This document shows, piece by piece, positions 51,544-60,672 of a DNA stretch of 64,000 bases. Within the stretch, counting starts at the first letter, position 1; each line of letters starts with the position of its first letter. The notes beneath the pieces are model-generated. The model made no database searches, had not been told where the DNA came from, and saw nothing but the letters and a program-made list of their open reading frames with translations. A program made the position numbers and the translations under genes. The stretch is from assembly GCA_963767985.1 (NCBI GenBank), contig CAVYGE010000006.1, positions 128,169-192,168 on the forward strand. The letters are read 5' to 3'. Origin of the DNA: an uncultured Chloroflexia bacterium (GTDB taxonomy: Bacteria; Chloroflexota; Limnocylindria; QHBO01).

Positions 51544-52475
51544 GCATCGGGGGCGCGCCAACGCGTGGGCTGGTGGGCGGGATCATGCTGGCCGTGCTGC
51601 TCGCCGCGTGCGCGTCGGCCGTGGCCCCGACGCCACCGGCGGCAACCCAAACGCCTCGTGCATCGGTGTCGGCGCAGCCCACGGCGAGCGCATCCATGCC
51701 GGTCAGCAACCTCCCGCCCGACTTCCCGCGCGAGGCGGCGAGCGACCCGACCGCGATCGACAACCCGTACCTGCCGATGCGACCGGGAACGTACTGGAGG
51801 TGGGATGGCGTCACCGTCGAGGACGGCGAGGAGATCCCCCACACGGTCCTCACCATGATCACCGACATGACGAAGGAGATCGATGGCATCCCGACCGTCG
51901 TCGGCTATGACGAGGACTGGGCCGATGGCGAGCTGGTCGAGGCGGAGATCTTCTTTGCGCTCCAGGATGACGACGGCAACGTCTGGAGGTTCGGGGAGTA
52001 CCCGGAGGAGTACGAGAATGGCGAGGTGGTCGCCACTCCGGCGTGGATTGCCGGTGCTGAGGACGCGCGCGCCGGAATCATGATGCCTGCGCACCCCATG
52101 CGCGACGAGGAGAGCTATGCGCAGGGATGGGGCCCGGCGGTCGGATGGGCCGACCGCGGGTGGGTGATCATCGACGGCGATCGCGACTGCGTCGCGGCCG
52201 GATGTCACGAGGACGTCATCGTGGTCGAGGAGTGGGACATCGCCGAGCCGCTCGCGCGCCAGCTGAAGTTCCATGCCCCCAGGGTCGGCGTGATCCGCGT
52301 CGACTGGTCCGGCAGCGCCGACCAGAGCCAGGAGTCGCTGGAGCTGATCGAGTTCCGTCGTCTCACCGATGACGAGATGGCCGAGCTCCGCGCGAAGGCA
52401 ATCGCGCTCGAGGAGCGGGCCCACCAGCGGCTGCCGGATCTGTTCGCGGATTCGCCGCTCATGCAACCCATCTGA
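51540..52475 (+). CDS. lipoprotein of unknown function, translationally coupled to RND copy 2
   Basis: GTG 51540 (GTGA overlap). Signal/lipobox LAVLLAACAS, a Pro/Ala/Thr linker, then an acidic globular domain. An alternative ATG lies at 51585. Confidence 0.45.
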   Translation: MSIGGAPTRGLVGGIMLAVLLAACASAVAPTPPAATQTPRASVSAQPTASASMPVSNLPPDFPREAASDPTAIDNPYLPMRPGTYWRWDGVTVEDGEEIPHTVLTMITDMTKEIDGIPTVVGYDEDWADGELVEAEIFFALQDDDGNVWRFGEYPEEYENGEVVATPAWIAGAEDARAGIMMPAHPMRDEESYAQGWGPAVGWADRGWVIIDGDRDCVAAGCHEDVIVVEEWDIAEPLARQLKFHAPRVGVIRVDWSGSADQSQESLELIEFRRLTDDEMAELRAKAIALEERAHQRLPDLFADSPLMQPI

Positions 52476-52488
52476 ACCAGGGTCAGCG

Positions 52489-52509
52489 CTCGATCAGTCG
52501 CTGATCGAG
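52489..52509. terminator. 9-bp perfect hairpin between convergent genes, overlapping the cysS stop
   Basis: CTCGATCAG-TCG-CTGATCGAG. The 3-nt loop is tight and there is no U-tract. Confidence 0.3.
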
Positions 52510-53903
52510 GTCTCCTGGCCGTCGGACGTGTCGCGCACCTCGACCCCCAGCGCTGCGAGCTCATCGCGGAGCGCATCCGATGTCGCCCAGTCGCGCGCTG
52601 CCCGGGCGGCGGCACGTCGCTCGAGCAGGTCAGAGGCACCGTCCGGCAACGACTGGTTGGCGGGCGGCGCGTCGAGCGAGAGGCCGAGCACGCGATCGAA
52701 GTCGAGCAGCACCGCCCGTCGCTGCGCCGCGCTGAGGCTGCGGTCGGCGGCAACCTCGTGCGCGATCGCCAGGGCGCGCGGGGTGGCGAGGTCGTCGGCC
52801 ACGGCATCGGCGAATCGGGCTCGATAGCCGGACATCGGCTCCGATGACAGGTCCGCGTCGCCCTCCGGCCCTTCCGCAGCCCGTCGAAGACGTGCGAGCC
52901 CCGATCTCGCGGCGTGCATCGCCGCGTCGGTGAAGTCGAGCTTCGAGCGGTAGTGTGCCGTCAGCGCCAGGTACCGGAAGGCGAGTGGCTCGAATCCCTG
53001 CGAGGGCAGATCGGCGACACGGATGATGTTGCCGGCGCTCTTCGCCATCTTCGCGTCATCGAGCGTGAGGAACTCTCCGTGCAGCCACGTTCCGACGACA
53101 CGGTGGCCGAGCGCGCCCTCGGACTGGGCGATCTCGTCCTCATGATGCGGGAACTTCAGGTCGATCCCGCCGGTATGGATGTCGAACCGCTCGCCAAGGT
53201 GCTTGATGCTCATGGCCGAGCACTCGATGTGCCAGCCGGGGAATCCGTCGCCCCAGGGAGATGGCCACCTCATGAGCCGATGATCGCCGGCTCGCTTCCA
53301 GAGCGCGAAGTCTGCGGGATTGCGCTTGTCCGTCTCCACCTCGACTCGGTGCCCAGGGTGGGTCTCCGCCACCTTCTGCCCTGAGAGCTGCCCGTACGCC
53401 GGAAACGCGGAGACGTCGAAGTAGATCGTGCCATCCACCTCGTATGCCAGCCCCTGCTCGATCAGGCGTGCGGTGAGCTCGATCATCTCGGGGATGTGGT
53501 CGCTCGCCTTCGGCATGAGGTCGGCCGGCAGGATGTTGAGGAGGGCCTCGTCCTCCAGCCAGGCGTCCGTGTAGAAGGCCGCGATCTCGGCCGGCGTCTT
53601 GCCCTCGGTCTCGGCCGCCCGCTCGACCTTGTCCTCACCGTCGAGCGCGTCGAGCTGGTCGTCGCGCATGTGCCCGACATCGGTGATGTTCTTCACGTAA
53701 CGCACCTCGTAGCCGAGGTACTCGAGCGTGCGATGCAGGACGTCGCCGAAGAGGTACGTGCGCAGGTTGCCGATATGGGCGTATTTGTAGACGGTGCTGC
53801 CACAGGTGTAGACGGTCATTCGCCCGGGATCGACGGGCTCGAGCGGCTCGGTGCGGCGCGTGAGCGTGTTGTGCAGCCGCACCTGCGGCAGGGGATCACT
53901 CAT
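52494..53903 (-). CDS. cysS: cysteine--tRNA ligase
   Basis: 469 aa. Class-I HIGH motif ([10 protein letters not shown]), KMSKS variant (KMAKSAGN), and Zn-site context TCGSTVY. The length fits CysS rather than MshC. Confidence 0.8.
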   Translation of the reverse strand: MSDPLPQVRLHNTLTRRTEPLEPVDPGRMTVYTCGSTVYKYAHIGNLRTYLFGDVLHRTLEYLGYEVRYVKNITDVGHMRDDQLDALDGEDKVERAAETEGKTPAEIAAFYTDAWLEDEALLNILPADLMPKASDHIPEMIELTARLIEQGLAYEVDGTIYFDVSAFPAYGQLSGQKVAETHPGHRVEVETDKRNPADFALWKRAGDHRLMRWPSPWGDGFPGWHIECSAMSIKHLGERFDIHTGGIDLKFPHHEDEIAQSEGALGHRVVGTWLHGEFLTLDDAKMAKSAGNIIRVADLPSQGFEPLAFRYLALTAHYRSKLDFTDAAMHAARSGLARLRRAAEGPEGDADLSSEPMSGYRARFADAVADDLATPRALAIAHEVAADRSLSAAQRRAVLLDFDRVLGLSLDAPPANQSLPDGASDLLERRAAARAARDWATSDALRDELAALGVEVRDTSDGQETSISD

Positions 53904-53912
53904 GGCCCGCGC

Positions 53913-53918
53913 ATTGTA
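53913..53918 (-). promoter_or_regulatory. candidate -10 box TACAAT, 9 nt upstream of the cysS ATG (near-leaderless)
   Basis: Plus-strand attgta equals minus-strand TACAAT. It sits immediately downstream of the 53926-53945 hairpin. Confidence 0.3.
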
Positions 53919-53925
53919 GCGACGG

Positions 53926-53945
53926 TTCCGGCGGAGTGGCCGGAA
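53926..53945 (-). terminator. 7-bp hairpin after the cNMP-binding protein gene
   Basis: TTCCGGC-GGAGTG-GCCGGAA, 3 nt beyond stop 53948. Confidence 0.35.
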
Positions 53946-53947
53946 GG

Positions 53948-54370
53948 TCAGTGGACGCCCTCGCGGTCGAGCGAACGCAGCCGATGCGCGACGGCATCGA
54001 GCACCTGGACCCGCACCTCGGGGAACTCGTCCATCAGGGTGTGGAACTCGCGGCGTGCGAGGACGAGCAGACGGGAGTCGGCAGCCAGCGTCACGCTCGC
54101 CGTCCGTGGGCCGCCATCGATCAGCGCGATCTCGCCGAGCACCGTGCCGGGGCCGCGCTCACCGAGCGACTCGCCATCGCGCTCGACGCGGGCGTTCCCG
54201 CTGACCATCACGAACATCTCTGCGCCGCGCTCGCCCTGGGTCATGATCCGACGCTCTGCGGGCAGGTCGACGATGTCAGCCAGGGCACCGATCCGCTCGA
54301 GATCGCGTTCGCTCAGGCCGCCGAAGAGGGGGACGGTGCGCAGGAGGTCAAGCTTCTCGTCGTGCGCCAC
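53948..54370 (-). CDS. stand-alone cyclic-nucleotide-binding domain protein
   Basis: 140 aa. LLRTVPLFGGLSERDL...GERGAEMFVMVSG...GPGTVLGEIALIDGGPRTASV. No DNA-binding or other output domain. Confidence 0.7.
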   Translation of the reverse strand: MAHDEKLDLLRTVPLFGGLSERDLERIGALADIVDLPAERRIMTQGERGAEMFVMVSGNARVERDGESLGERGPGTVLGEIALIDGGPRTASVTLAADSRLLVLARREFHTLMDEFPEVRVQVLDAVAHRLRSLDREGVH

Positions 54371-54412
54371 GGTGAACTCCGATGCTCGAGGGTTTCGTGC
54401 GCTAGGGTAGCG

Positions 54413-54418
54413 CGCCCT
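54413..54418 (+). promoter_or_regulatory. candidate -10 box TAGGGT (within CTAGGGTA) upstream of the NUDIX gene
   Basis: Fits TANNNT, 44 nt before ATG 54462. An SD-like AAGAGGGAG lies at 54431. Confidence 0.25.
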
Positions 54419-54461
54419 CGATCCGCGCGGAAGAGGGAGTTTACGGCGCTACCATGCCGGC

Positions 54462-55052
54462 ATGCCGCAACGCAACGCGAGTGCCGAGTTTCCGCTGACG
54501 CTCGGCGAGGATCCGACATTCTGCCCGGCCTGCGGCGGTGCGCTGACGGAGCGTGTCCTCGAAGCCGACCATCGCGCGCGTCTCGTCTGCAGCCTCGGCC
54601 ACGTCACGTGGCGCAACCCTCGCGTCGTGGTCGGCACCCTGCCCATCACGGGGGGAACGGTGATCCTGGCGCGGCGGGATATCGAGCCTGCACGGCATCG
54701 CTGGACCTATCCCGCCGGCTTCCTCGAGGTGGGGGAGTCGGTGCAGGAGGGAGCGCGTCGGGAGACCGAGGAAGAGACGGAGCTGCGGGTCGAGGTCGGC
54801 CAGCTGCTCGGAATCTATTCGCGGCCGCAGGCGGGGATCGTGGCCGTGGTGTTCGAGGCGGCCGTCGTCGGCGGACGTCCGGCGCCCGCCGCCGAGACGA
54901 GCGAGGTGCGGGCGTTCGGGCCCGACGAGATTCCCTGGGACGAGCTCGCCTTCAGTACGGTCGACAGTGCACTGCGCGACTGGGTGGCGTCACTCCCCGG
55001 GCGCGGCCGTCGCCGTGAGCCCGAGCTCTACGTCGAGGGTGACCCGGCGTAG
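54462..55052 (+). CDS. NUDIX hydrolase with N-terminal zinc-ribbon
   Basis: CPACGG...CSLGH ribbon and the Nudix box GFLEVGESVQEGARRETEEETEL. Confidence 0.75.
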   Translation: MPQRNASAEFPLTLGEDPTFCPACGGALTERVLEADHRARLVCSLGHVTWRNPRVVVGTLPITGGTVILARRDIEPARHRWTYPAGFLEVGESVQEGARRETEEETELRVEVGQLLGIYSRPQAGIVAVVFEAAVVGGRPAPAAETSEVRAFGPDEIPWDELAFSTVDSALRDWVASLPGRGRRREPELYVEGDPA

Positions 55053-55501
55053 CGCGTGACCTCGGCGCGAACCGGCACGCCGGCACCGAGCAGCAGCCCG
55101 TACGCCAGCGATGCGACGGCCGGGATCGGATGGCTGGCAAAGCTCGCGATGCCGATGTCTCGCGCCACGGCAGCTCCCACCACGCCCCATACCAGCAGCG
55201 CCACGATCGGGGCCGCGATCGCCACCGTTGAACGGACCGTGAAGAATCGGCCGAAGAAGTACGCGAACGTCATGCCGAACAGTGCGCCGCCGGCCTGGAC
55301 CGCCGCGAGCCCGAGCACGAACCCCAGCTCGGGCGACACCGCCAGCGGAGACAGCGCCAGGGCAATGGGGCGCAGCGGCGCGAGCGGATCGCCCAGCGTC
55401 AGCGCGGCGAGTGCCATGGCGACGGCGGCCCACACGTAGCCACCGGCCAGGCCGGCGACGAGGCCGCGATACGCCAATCGGAGTCCGTTGATCTCGGTCA
55501 C
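55028..55501 (-). CDS. membrane protein
   Basis: 157 aa, four to five hydrophobic helices. No family recognised. Confidence 0.4.
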   Translation of the reverse strand: MTEINGLRLAYRGLVAGLAGGYVWAAVAMALAALTLGDPLAPLRPIALALSPLAVSPELGFVLGLAAVQAGGALFGMTFAYFFGRFFTVRSTVAIAAPIVALLVWGVVGAAVARDIGIASFASHPIPAVASLAYGLLLGAGVPVRAEVTRYAGSPST

Positions 55502-55582
55502 GATTCCGAGCCTAGGGGCTGGGGGGACGTGATCGGAGCGGATCGAAGGTCCGGTCCGCCCCCGTACACGTGGCGGCCGGAC

Positions 55583-56848
55583 CTAGCCGCGGTAGCGACG
55601 GAAGACGCTGACGGCGTTCTGTCCACCGAAGCCGAAGCCGTTCGCGATCGCCACGTCGACATCCATGGCACGAGCCTCGTTCGGCACGTAGTCGAGATCG
55701 CAGGCAGGATCGGGCGTCTCGAGGTTGATGGTCGGTGGCACGAGACCGTCGCGGATCGCGAGCACGGCGGCCAATCCGGAGATCGCACCGGCAGCGCCGA
55801 GCGTGTGGCCGACCATGCTCTTGTTGCTGCTCACCGCCAGGCGGTCGGCGTGGGCCCCGAACGCGGCCCGAATGGCCTTCGTCTCGGTGGCGTCGTTCAG
55901 CGGCGTGGAGGTTCCGTGCGCGACGACGTAATCGACCTCGTCCATCTCGAGGTGCGCGTCCTGGACCGCCCGCTGCATGGCGATGGTGGCGCCGTATCCG
56001 GCCGGGTCGGGCGCCGAGATGTGGAACGCGTCGCCGCTCAGCGCGCCGCCGGCCACCTCGCCCAAGATCTCCGCTCCGCGGGCCTCGGCATGGTCCGCCG
56101 CCTCGATGACCATCACGACGGCTGCCTCGCCGAACACGAAGCCGTCGCGGTTGGCGTCGAAGGGCCTCGATGCGCGCTCCGGGTCCTCGTTGCGCTTGGA
56201 GAGCGCGCCCATGTTCGCCAGGGCCGCGAACGAGACCGGCATGATCGCGCTCTCCGTGCCGCCGGTGACCACGACGTCCACGTCGCCGTGTTCGATGAGC
56301 CGCTGTGCCTCCACGAACGCCTGGATACCGGATGCGCAGGCGGCGACCGAGGTGATGACCGGCCCGCGGATGCCGTTCTGGATGCTCACCTGGCAGGCGG
56401 CCATGGACGGCGACATCATCGGCACCATGAACGGGCTCACCCGTTCCGGTCCCTTCGTCGCCAACGTCATCTCGCCCACGGCAACCTCCTGCAGGCCGCC
56501 ACCGCCGGTGTTGATCACCACCGCCACGTCATCGCGGTTGTGGTCGCCGATCTCGAGCCTCGACTCGTCGAGCGCCTGGCGTGCCGCCGCGACGGCGAGC
56601 TGCGAGAAGCGGCTCATGCGCCGCGCCTGCTTGAAGTCGATCCAGTCCCGGGGGTCGAAGCCCTTGACCTCGGCAGCGATCTGCACTTCGAGGTCGGATG
56701 GGTCGAAGAGGCTGATGCGGGCGACCCCGGACACGCCGCCGGTCAGGTTCTGCCAGAAGGTGGCGACGTCGTTGCCGATCGGCGTGATGGCTCCCATGCC
56801 GGTCACGACGGCGCGACGCGCCGGGTCTCGCGGCGGCGGCGGTCTCAT
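55583..56848 (-). CDS. fabF: beta-ketoacyl-ACP synthase II
   Basis: 421 aa. Cys-His-His triad contexts (AACASGIQAF, VVAHGTSTPLND, SNKSMVGHTLGAAG). Confidence 0.85.
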   Translation of the reverse strand: MRPPPPRDPARRAVVTGMGAITPIGNDVATFWQNLTGGVSGVARISLFDPSDLEVQIAAEVKGFDPRDWIDFKQARRMSRFSQLAVAAARQALDESRLEIGDHNRDDVAVVINTGGGGLQEVAVGEMTLATKGPERVSPFMVPMMSPSMAACQVSIQNGIRGPVITSVAACASGIQAFVEAQRLIEHGDVDVVVTGGTESAIMPVSFAALANMGALSKRNEDPERASRPFDANRDGFVFGEAAVVMVIEAADHAEARGAEILGEVAGGALSGDAFHISAPDPAGYGATIAMQRAVQDAHLEMDEVDYVVAHGTSTPLNDATETKAIRAAFGAHADRLAVSSNKSMVGHTLGAAGAISGLAAVLAIRDGLVPPTINLETPDPACDLDYVPNEARAMDVDVAIANGFGFGGQNAVSVFRRYRG

Positions 56849-56911
56849 TCCGCGGCGTGGGCAGGGTGGCAGACCGCGCCGTGAGCGCCGCGCCGGGTTC
56901 GATCGATCAGG

Positions 56912-58192
56912 CTACCCATCGAAGCGACGCAGGATCACGGTCGAGTTGTGTCCGCCCAGGCCCATCGAGTTCGACAGGGCAACCTGGACATCCACCGCGC
57001 GCGCCTCGTTCGGCACGTAGTCGAGCGTGAGCTCAGGATCGGGGTGGCGGTAGTTGATGGTCGGCGGGATGCAGCCGGTCGCGATGACCTTGGCGCACAC
57101 GAAGGCCTCGATCGCCCCAGCCGCTCCCATGGCGTGGCCCGTCATCGACTTCGTGCTGCTCACGGCCAGCGCGTCGGCATGCTCGCCGAAGACGTCGCGG
57201 ATTGCCATCGTCTCGTACCGGTCGTTGAGCGGCGTGCTGGTGCCGTGGGCGTTGATGTAGCCCACCGCGGACGGCTCGATCCCGGCGCGCGCCAGGGCCG
57301 CGCGCATCGCTCGCTGGTTGCCCTCGCCCCGTTCGGCCGGCGCGGCCATGTCGAATGCGTCCGCGGAGGAGCCGTAGCCGATGAGCTCCGCGATCGGCCG
57401 CGCGCCGCGCGCCAATGCGTGCTCCAGCTCCTCGATCACGAGGACGGCGGATCCCTCCGCGACCACGAACCCATCGCGGGTGGCGTCGAAGGGGCGCGAC
57501 GCCATCGGCGCGCTGTACTCGCCCGTGTCGGGGTCCTTCGGCGTCCCGAGTGCCCGCATCTGGCCGAAGCCGGCGAACGCCAGGGGCACGAGCGGTGCCT
57601 CCGTCCCGGCCCCGAGCATGATGTCCGCCTGGCCGCGCACGATCGCCTCCATCGCCTCGCCGATGGCGTGGCCACCGGTCGCGCAGGCGCTGACCACGGC
57701 CATGTTCGGCCCGCGGATGCCGTACTCGATGGCGACCTGGCCCGAGGCGGAGTCCGGAAGCATGTGCGGCAGCATGAACGGGGAGACGCGCCGCGGACCA
57801 CGCTCGAGGAGCGTCCGGTGACCGTCGAGCATCATGCCGATGCCCCCGATCCCGGTCCCGAACACCATCCCGAAGCGGTCGGCATCGACATCGGCTGTGA
57901 CGTGTCCGTTCGCGCCGAGCAGTCCGGCGTCGCGCAGCGCCTCACCGCTGGCCGCGACGGCGAAGTGGGTGTTGCGATCGTGGCGACGCACGTCCTTGGC
58001 ATCCATGTATCGCGTCGCATCGAAGCCCTTGACCTCGCCGGCCACGCGGACCTCGAACGGGGACGCGTCGAACAGCGTGATGTCCGCGATGCCGGAGCGC
58101 CCCGAGACCAGCGCGTCCCAGGTCGCATCGGCCCCGATCCCGACCGGTGAGACGATCCCCAGCCCGGTCACCACGGCGCGCCGCAGGCTCAC
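56912..58192 (-). CDS. beta-ketoacyl-ACP synthase (KAS I/II type), second tandem copy
   Basis: 426 aa. Triad contexts SACATGGHAI, INAHGTSTPLND, STKSMTGHAMGAAG. Confidence 0.85.
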   Translation of the reverse strand: MSLRRAVVTGLGIVSPVGIGADATWDALVSGRSGIADITLFDASPFEVRVAGEVKGFDATRYMDAKDVRRHDRNTHFAVAASGEALRDAGLLGANGHVTADVDADRFGMVFGTGIGGIGMMLDGHRTLLERGPRRVSPFMLPHMLPDSASGQVAIEYGIRGPNMAVVSACATGGHAIGEAMEAIVRGQADIMLGAGTEAPLVPLAFAGFGQMRALGTPKDPDTGEYSAPMASRPFDATRDGFVVAEGSAVLVIEELEHALARGARPIAELIGYGSSADAFDMAAPAERGEGNQRAMRAALARAGIEPSAVGYINAHGTSTPLNDRYETMAIRDVFGEHADALAVSSTKSMTGHAMGAAGAIEAFVCAKVIATGCIPPTINYRHPDPELTLDYVPNEARAVDVQVALSNSMGLGGHNSTVILRRFDG

Positions 58193-59184
58193 GCCGGCAG
58201 CTCGCGCAGGGTCGCCAGGAACGATCGATCCCGCGGTCCATCGGCGACGTGCGTCTCGGCCTCAGGGCTGATGCGCCGGATCAGGCCCGACAGGACGCGG
58301 CCGGGGCCGATCTCGACGAAGTCGGTCACTCCATCGGCGGCCAGGCGTCGCACCGTTTCCGTCCACTGCACGCCGTGGACGAGGTGTTCGCTGAGCTCAC
58401 TGCGAAGGCCCTCCGCGGTGTTGATGACCGTGGCGTGGACGTTGCCGAGCATGGGGACCTGCGGGTCGCGGAACGGGACCTTGCTCAGGATCTTTCCGAA
58501 TTCGTCGCGCGCTCGTCGCATGAGGGGGGAGTGGCTGGCGACGCTGACCGTCAGACGGGCCGCCTTGCGCGCTCCGACGGTCTTGCTCATCTCGAGGGCA
58601 AAGACGAGCGCGGGGATGACGCCCGACAGGACGATCTGACCCGGCGCGTTCGCGTTCGCCACGCTGATCTCGCCGTGCTGGCGGGCCTCGGCCACGATCT
58701 CGTGGACCTGCTCGTCGCTGAGGCCGATCACGGCGCCCATGCCGCCCTCGATCCCGCGCTCCTGCATGATCCGGCCGCGCTCACGAACCAGGCGCAGGGC
58801 GTCGGCAAAATCGATTGCGTCGGCCGCGACCGCCGCTGCGTACTGTCCGGCCGAGTGGCCGGCCATCGCGGTGGGCCGAATGTCAACTCCCGCGTCACGG
58901 GCCTCGGCCCGGATCGCTTCGAGGAACGCGACGCTTGTCGCCAGGATGGCCGGCTGCGCATTCACGGTCTCGTTGAGCTCGTCGGCCGGTCCCTCGAGAA
59001 TGAGGCGCGAGAGCGGCATGCCGAGCGCCGCATCGGCGCGGGCAAAGGCATCGGCTGCCGACGGTGAGTGAGCGATCAGCTCGGCGCCCATTCCCACGTA
59101 CTGGGAACCCTGGCCGGGAAACACGAAGGCGAGCGTGCGTGTGCGCAGCTCGGCCCCCTCGTCGGTGGTGTACGTCATATCCAT
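58189..59184 (-). CDS. fabD: ACP S-malonyltransferase
   Basis: ORF trimmed to ATG 59184 (alternative 59178). FVFPGQGSQYVGMG, active-site GHSAGQY, VSVASHSPLM. The stop overlaps the KAS start. Confidence 0.85.
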   Translation of the reverse strand: MDMTYTTDEGAELRTRTLAFVFPGQGSQYVGMGAELIAHSPSAADAFARADAALGMPLSRLILEGPADELNETVNAQPAILATSVAFLEAIRAEARDAGVDIRPTAMAGHSAGQYAAAVAADAIDFADALRLVRERGRIMQERGIEGGMGAVIGLSDEQVHEIVAEARQHGEISVANANAPGQIVLSGVIPALVFALEMSKTVGARKAARLTVSVASHSPLMRRARDEFGKILSKVPFRDPQVPMLGNVHATVINTAEGLRSELSEHLVHGVQWTETVRRLAADGVTDFVEIGPGRVLSGLIRRISPEAETHVADGPRDRSFLATLRELPA

Positions 59185-59239
59185 ACCCAGAATGCACGCG
59201 CGAGTATAGCCGAGCACGCTCGGAGCGGCGACGCCCGCT

Positions 59240-60634
59240 TCAGGCGGCGACGAAGCGCCGAACGACCTCGAACAGCACCGGAAGCCCAAACTCGATGGCG
59301 CTCACCGGCACGCGCTCATCATGACCGTGGAAGAGCTCGAGGAAGGGGAAGTCCGGCTCCAGGCGCAGCGGGGCGAACCCGTAGCATGGGATTCCGATCT
59401 GGGCGAGGGCCTTGGCGTCGGTGCCGGGCGTGATCATCATCGGCAACGGGATGCCCTCGGGATCGGCGTCACGCAGGACATCCCGCATGTGCGTGACGAT
59501 CTCCGCGTCGGCGGGCCACACGATCGCGGGCAGGGCCACGACGGGCTCGACCGAGGCGTCATCCCCGACGATCGCGCGCAGATGGTCGAGCAGGGCCTCC
59601 TGGTCCGTGCCCGGCAGGGTCCTCACGTCAAGCTCGGCCTCGCCGCCCCCCGGCATGACGTTGACCTTCTTGCCGGAGCGCAGGACGGTCGGGGTGACGG
59701 TGTCGCGCAGCATCGCGTCGAGGGAACGGCGGGTCACGGAGTCCGCGACCCGCTCCTCGAGCACGGCGCGCGCCGCGCCAGGATCAGAGGTGGCGAGGTC
59801 CGCAACATCGGCCAGGCCGATGGCTCCGAGCATCTCCGCCACGAGCGGCGTGACGACCGCGGATCGATGCTCCTGGTCGACGGCGATGGCGGCGACGGCT
59901 CGCGCGAGCTTGACGGCGGCGTTGTCGGTGTGTGGCATCGACGCGTGACCCGGTGCGCCGGAGGCGCTGAGCCTGGTCCACACGATCCCCTTCTCCGCCA
60001 CCTGGATGGTGTAGAAGCGACGCGACCCGACCGTCATCGAGTACCCGCCCACCTCGTTGAGCGCCGCGGCCGCCCGACGGCCGCGAGCGTCGTGGAACAG
60101 GTCCGGACGGCGTTCGACGAGGCCGCGGGCGCCAAACTCCCCGCCGGCCTCCTCGTCGGCGACCGCCGCGAAGATCACGTCGCGCCGCAGTGGGACCCGA
60201 CCGCGGCTGAGGGCAAGCATGACCGCCAGCTCCATGGCGACCATGTCCTTCATGTCCACCGCGCCGCGGCCCCACACCTCGCCGTCCAGCAGGTCACCCC
60301 CGAACGGATCGCGGGACCACGACTCGACATCCACCGGCACGACATCCAGATGGCTCAGCAGGATCAGGGGCGGGTCAGGATCGGGGACGGTGGCGCTCAG
60401 CCGAGCCACGCAGCTGCCCCGCCCGGGCTCGATCTCGACGATCTCGGCCGCGATTCCGCCAGCCGCGAGGACGTCCGCGCAGTATTCCGCCGCGCGGAGC
60501 TCTCCGCCCGCCGAGTCGCGACCCGCGGCTGCGTCGGGAACACCCGGTGGGTTGACCGACGGGATGCGGATCAGGGCACGCAGGTGCTCGATGCACTCGT
60601 CGAGATCGAGCGAGGTGGACGGATCGCGGGTCAC
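59240..60634 (-). CDS. M20-family metallopeptidase/deacylase
   Basis: 464 aa. LLSHLDVVP, GRGAVDMKD, ADEEAGGEFG, GAPGHASMP. Confidence 0.75.
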   Translation of the reverse strand: MTRDPSTSLDLDECIEHLRALIRIPSVNPPGVPDAAAGRDSAGGELRAAEYCADVLAAGGIAAEIVEIEPGRGSCVARLSATVPDPDPPLILLSHLDVVPVDVESWSRDPFGGDLLDGEVWGRGAVDMKDMVAMELAVMLALSRGRVPLRRDVIFAAVADEEAGGEFGARGLVERRPDLFHDARGRRAAAALNEVGGYSMTVGSRRFYTIQVAEKGIVWTRLSASGAPGHASMPHTDNAAVKLARAVAAIAVDQEHRSAVVTPLVAEMLGAIGLADVADLATSDPGAARAVLEERVADSVTRRSLDAMLRDTVTPTVLRSGKKVNVMPGGGEAELDVRTLPGTDQEALLDHLRAIVGDDASVEPVVALPAIVWPADAEIVTHMRDVLRDADPEGIPLPMMITPGTDAKALAQIGIPCYGFAPLRLEPDFPFLELFHGHDERVPVSAIEFGLPVLFEVVRRFVAA

Positions 60635-60672
60635 GTCGGGGAGAGTAGCGGGTCAGCCCGGGGCCGGGCGGC

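Noticed and set aside
48808-51561. Very long antisense ORFs: 48808..51561 (917 aa), 46524..48419 (631 aa), 16556..18280 (574 aa), 26098..27459, 31499..32821, 61682..63052, 19596..20741
   Set aside because: All lie opposite well-supported genes and share their third-codon phase. Their translations are Arg/Gly/Asp/His/Pro-rich with no motifs. These are the typical shadow ORFs of GC-rich DNA, where stop codons are rare.
52494-53903. Whether the cysS-like gene is actually mshC (mycothiol ligase paralog)
   Set aside because: The length (469 aa) and a C-terminal extension beyond the KMAKS region fit a full CysS rather than the shorter MshC. No other mycothiol genes are nearby. I could not run a phylogeny, so I keep the call at 0.8 rather than higher.
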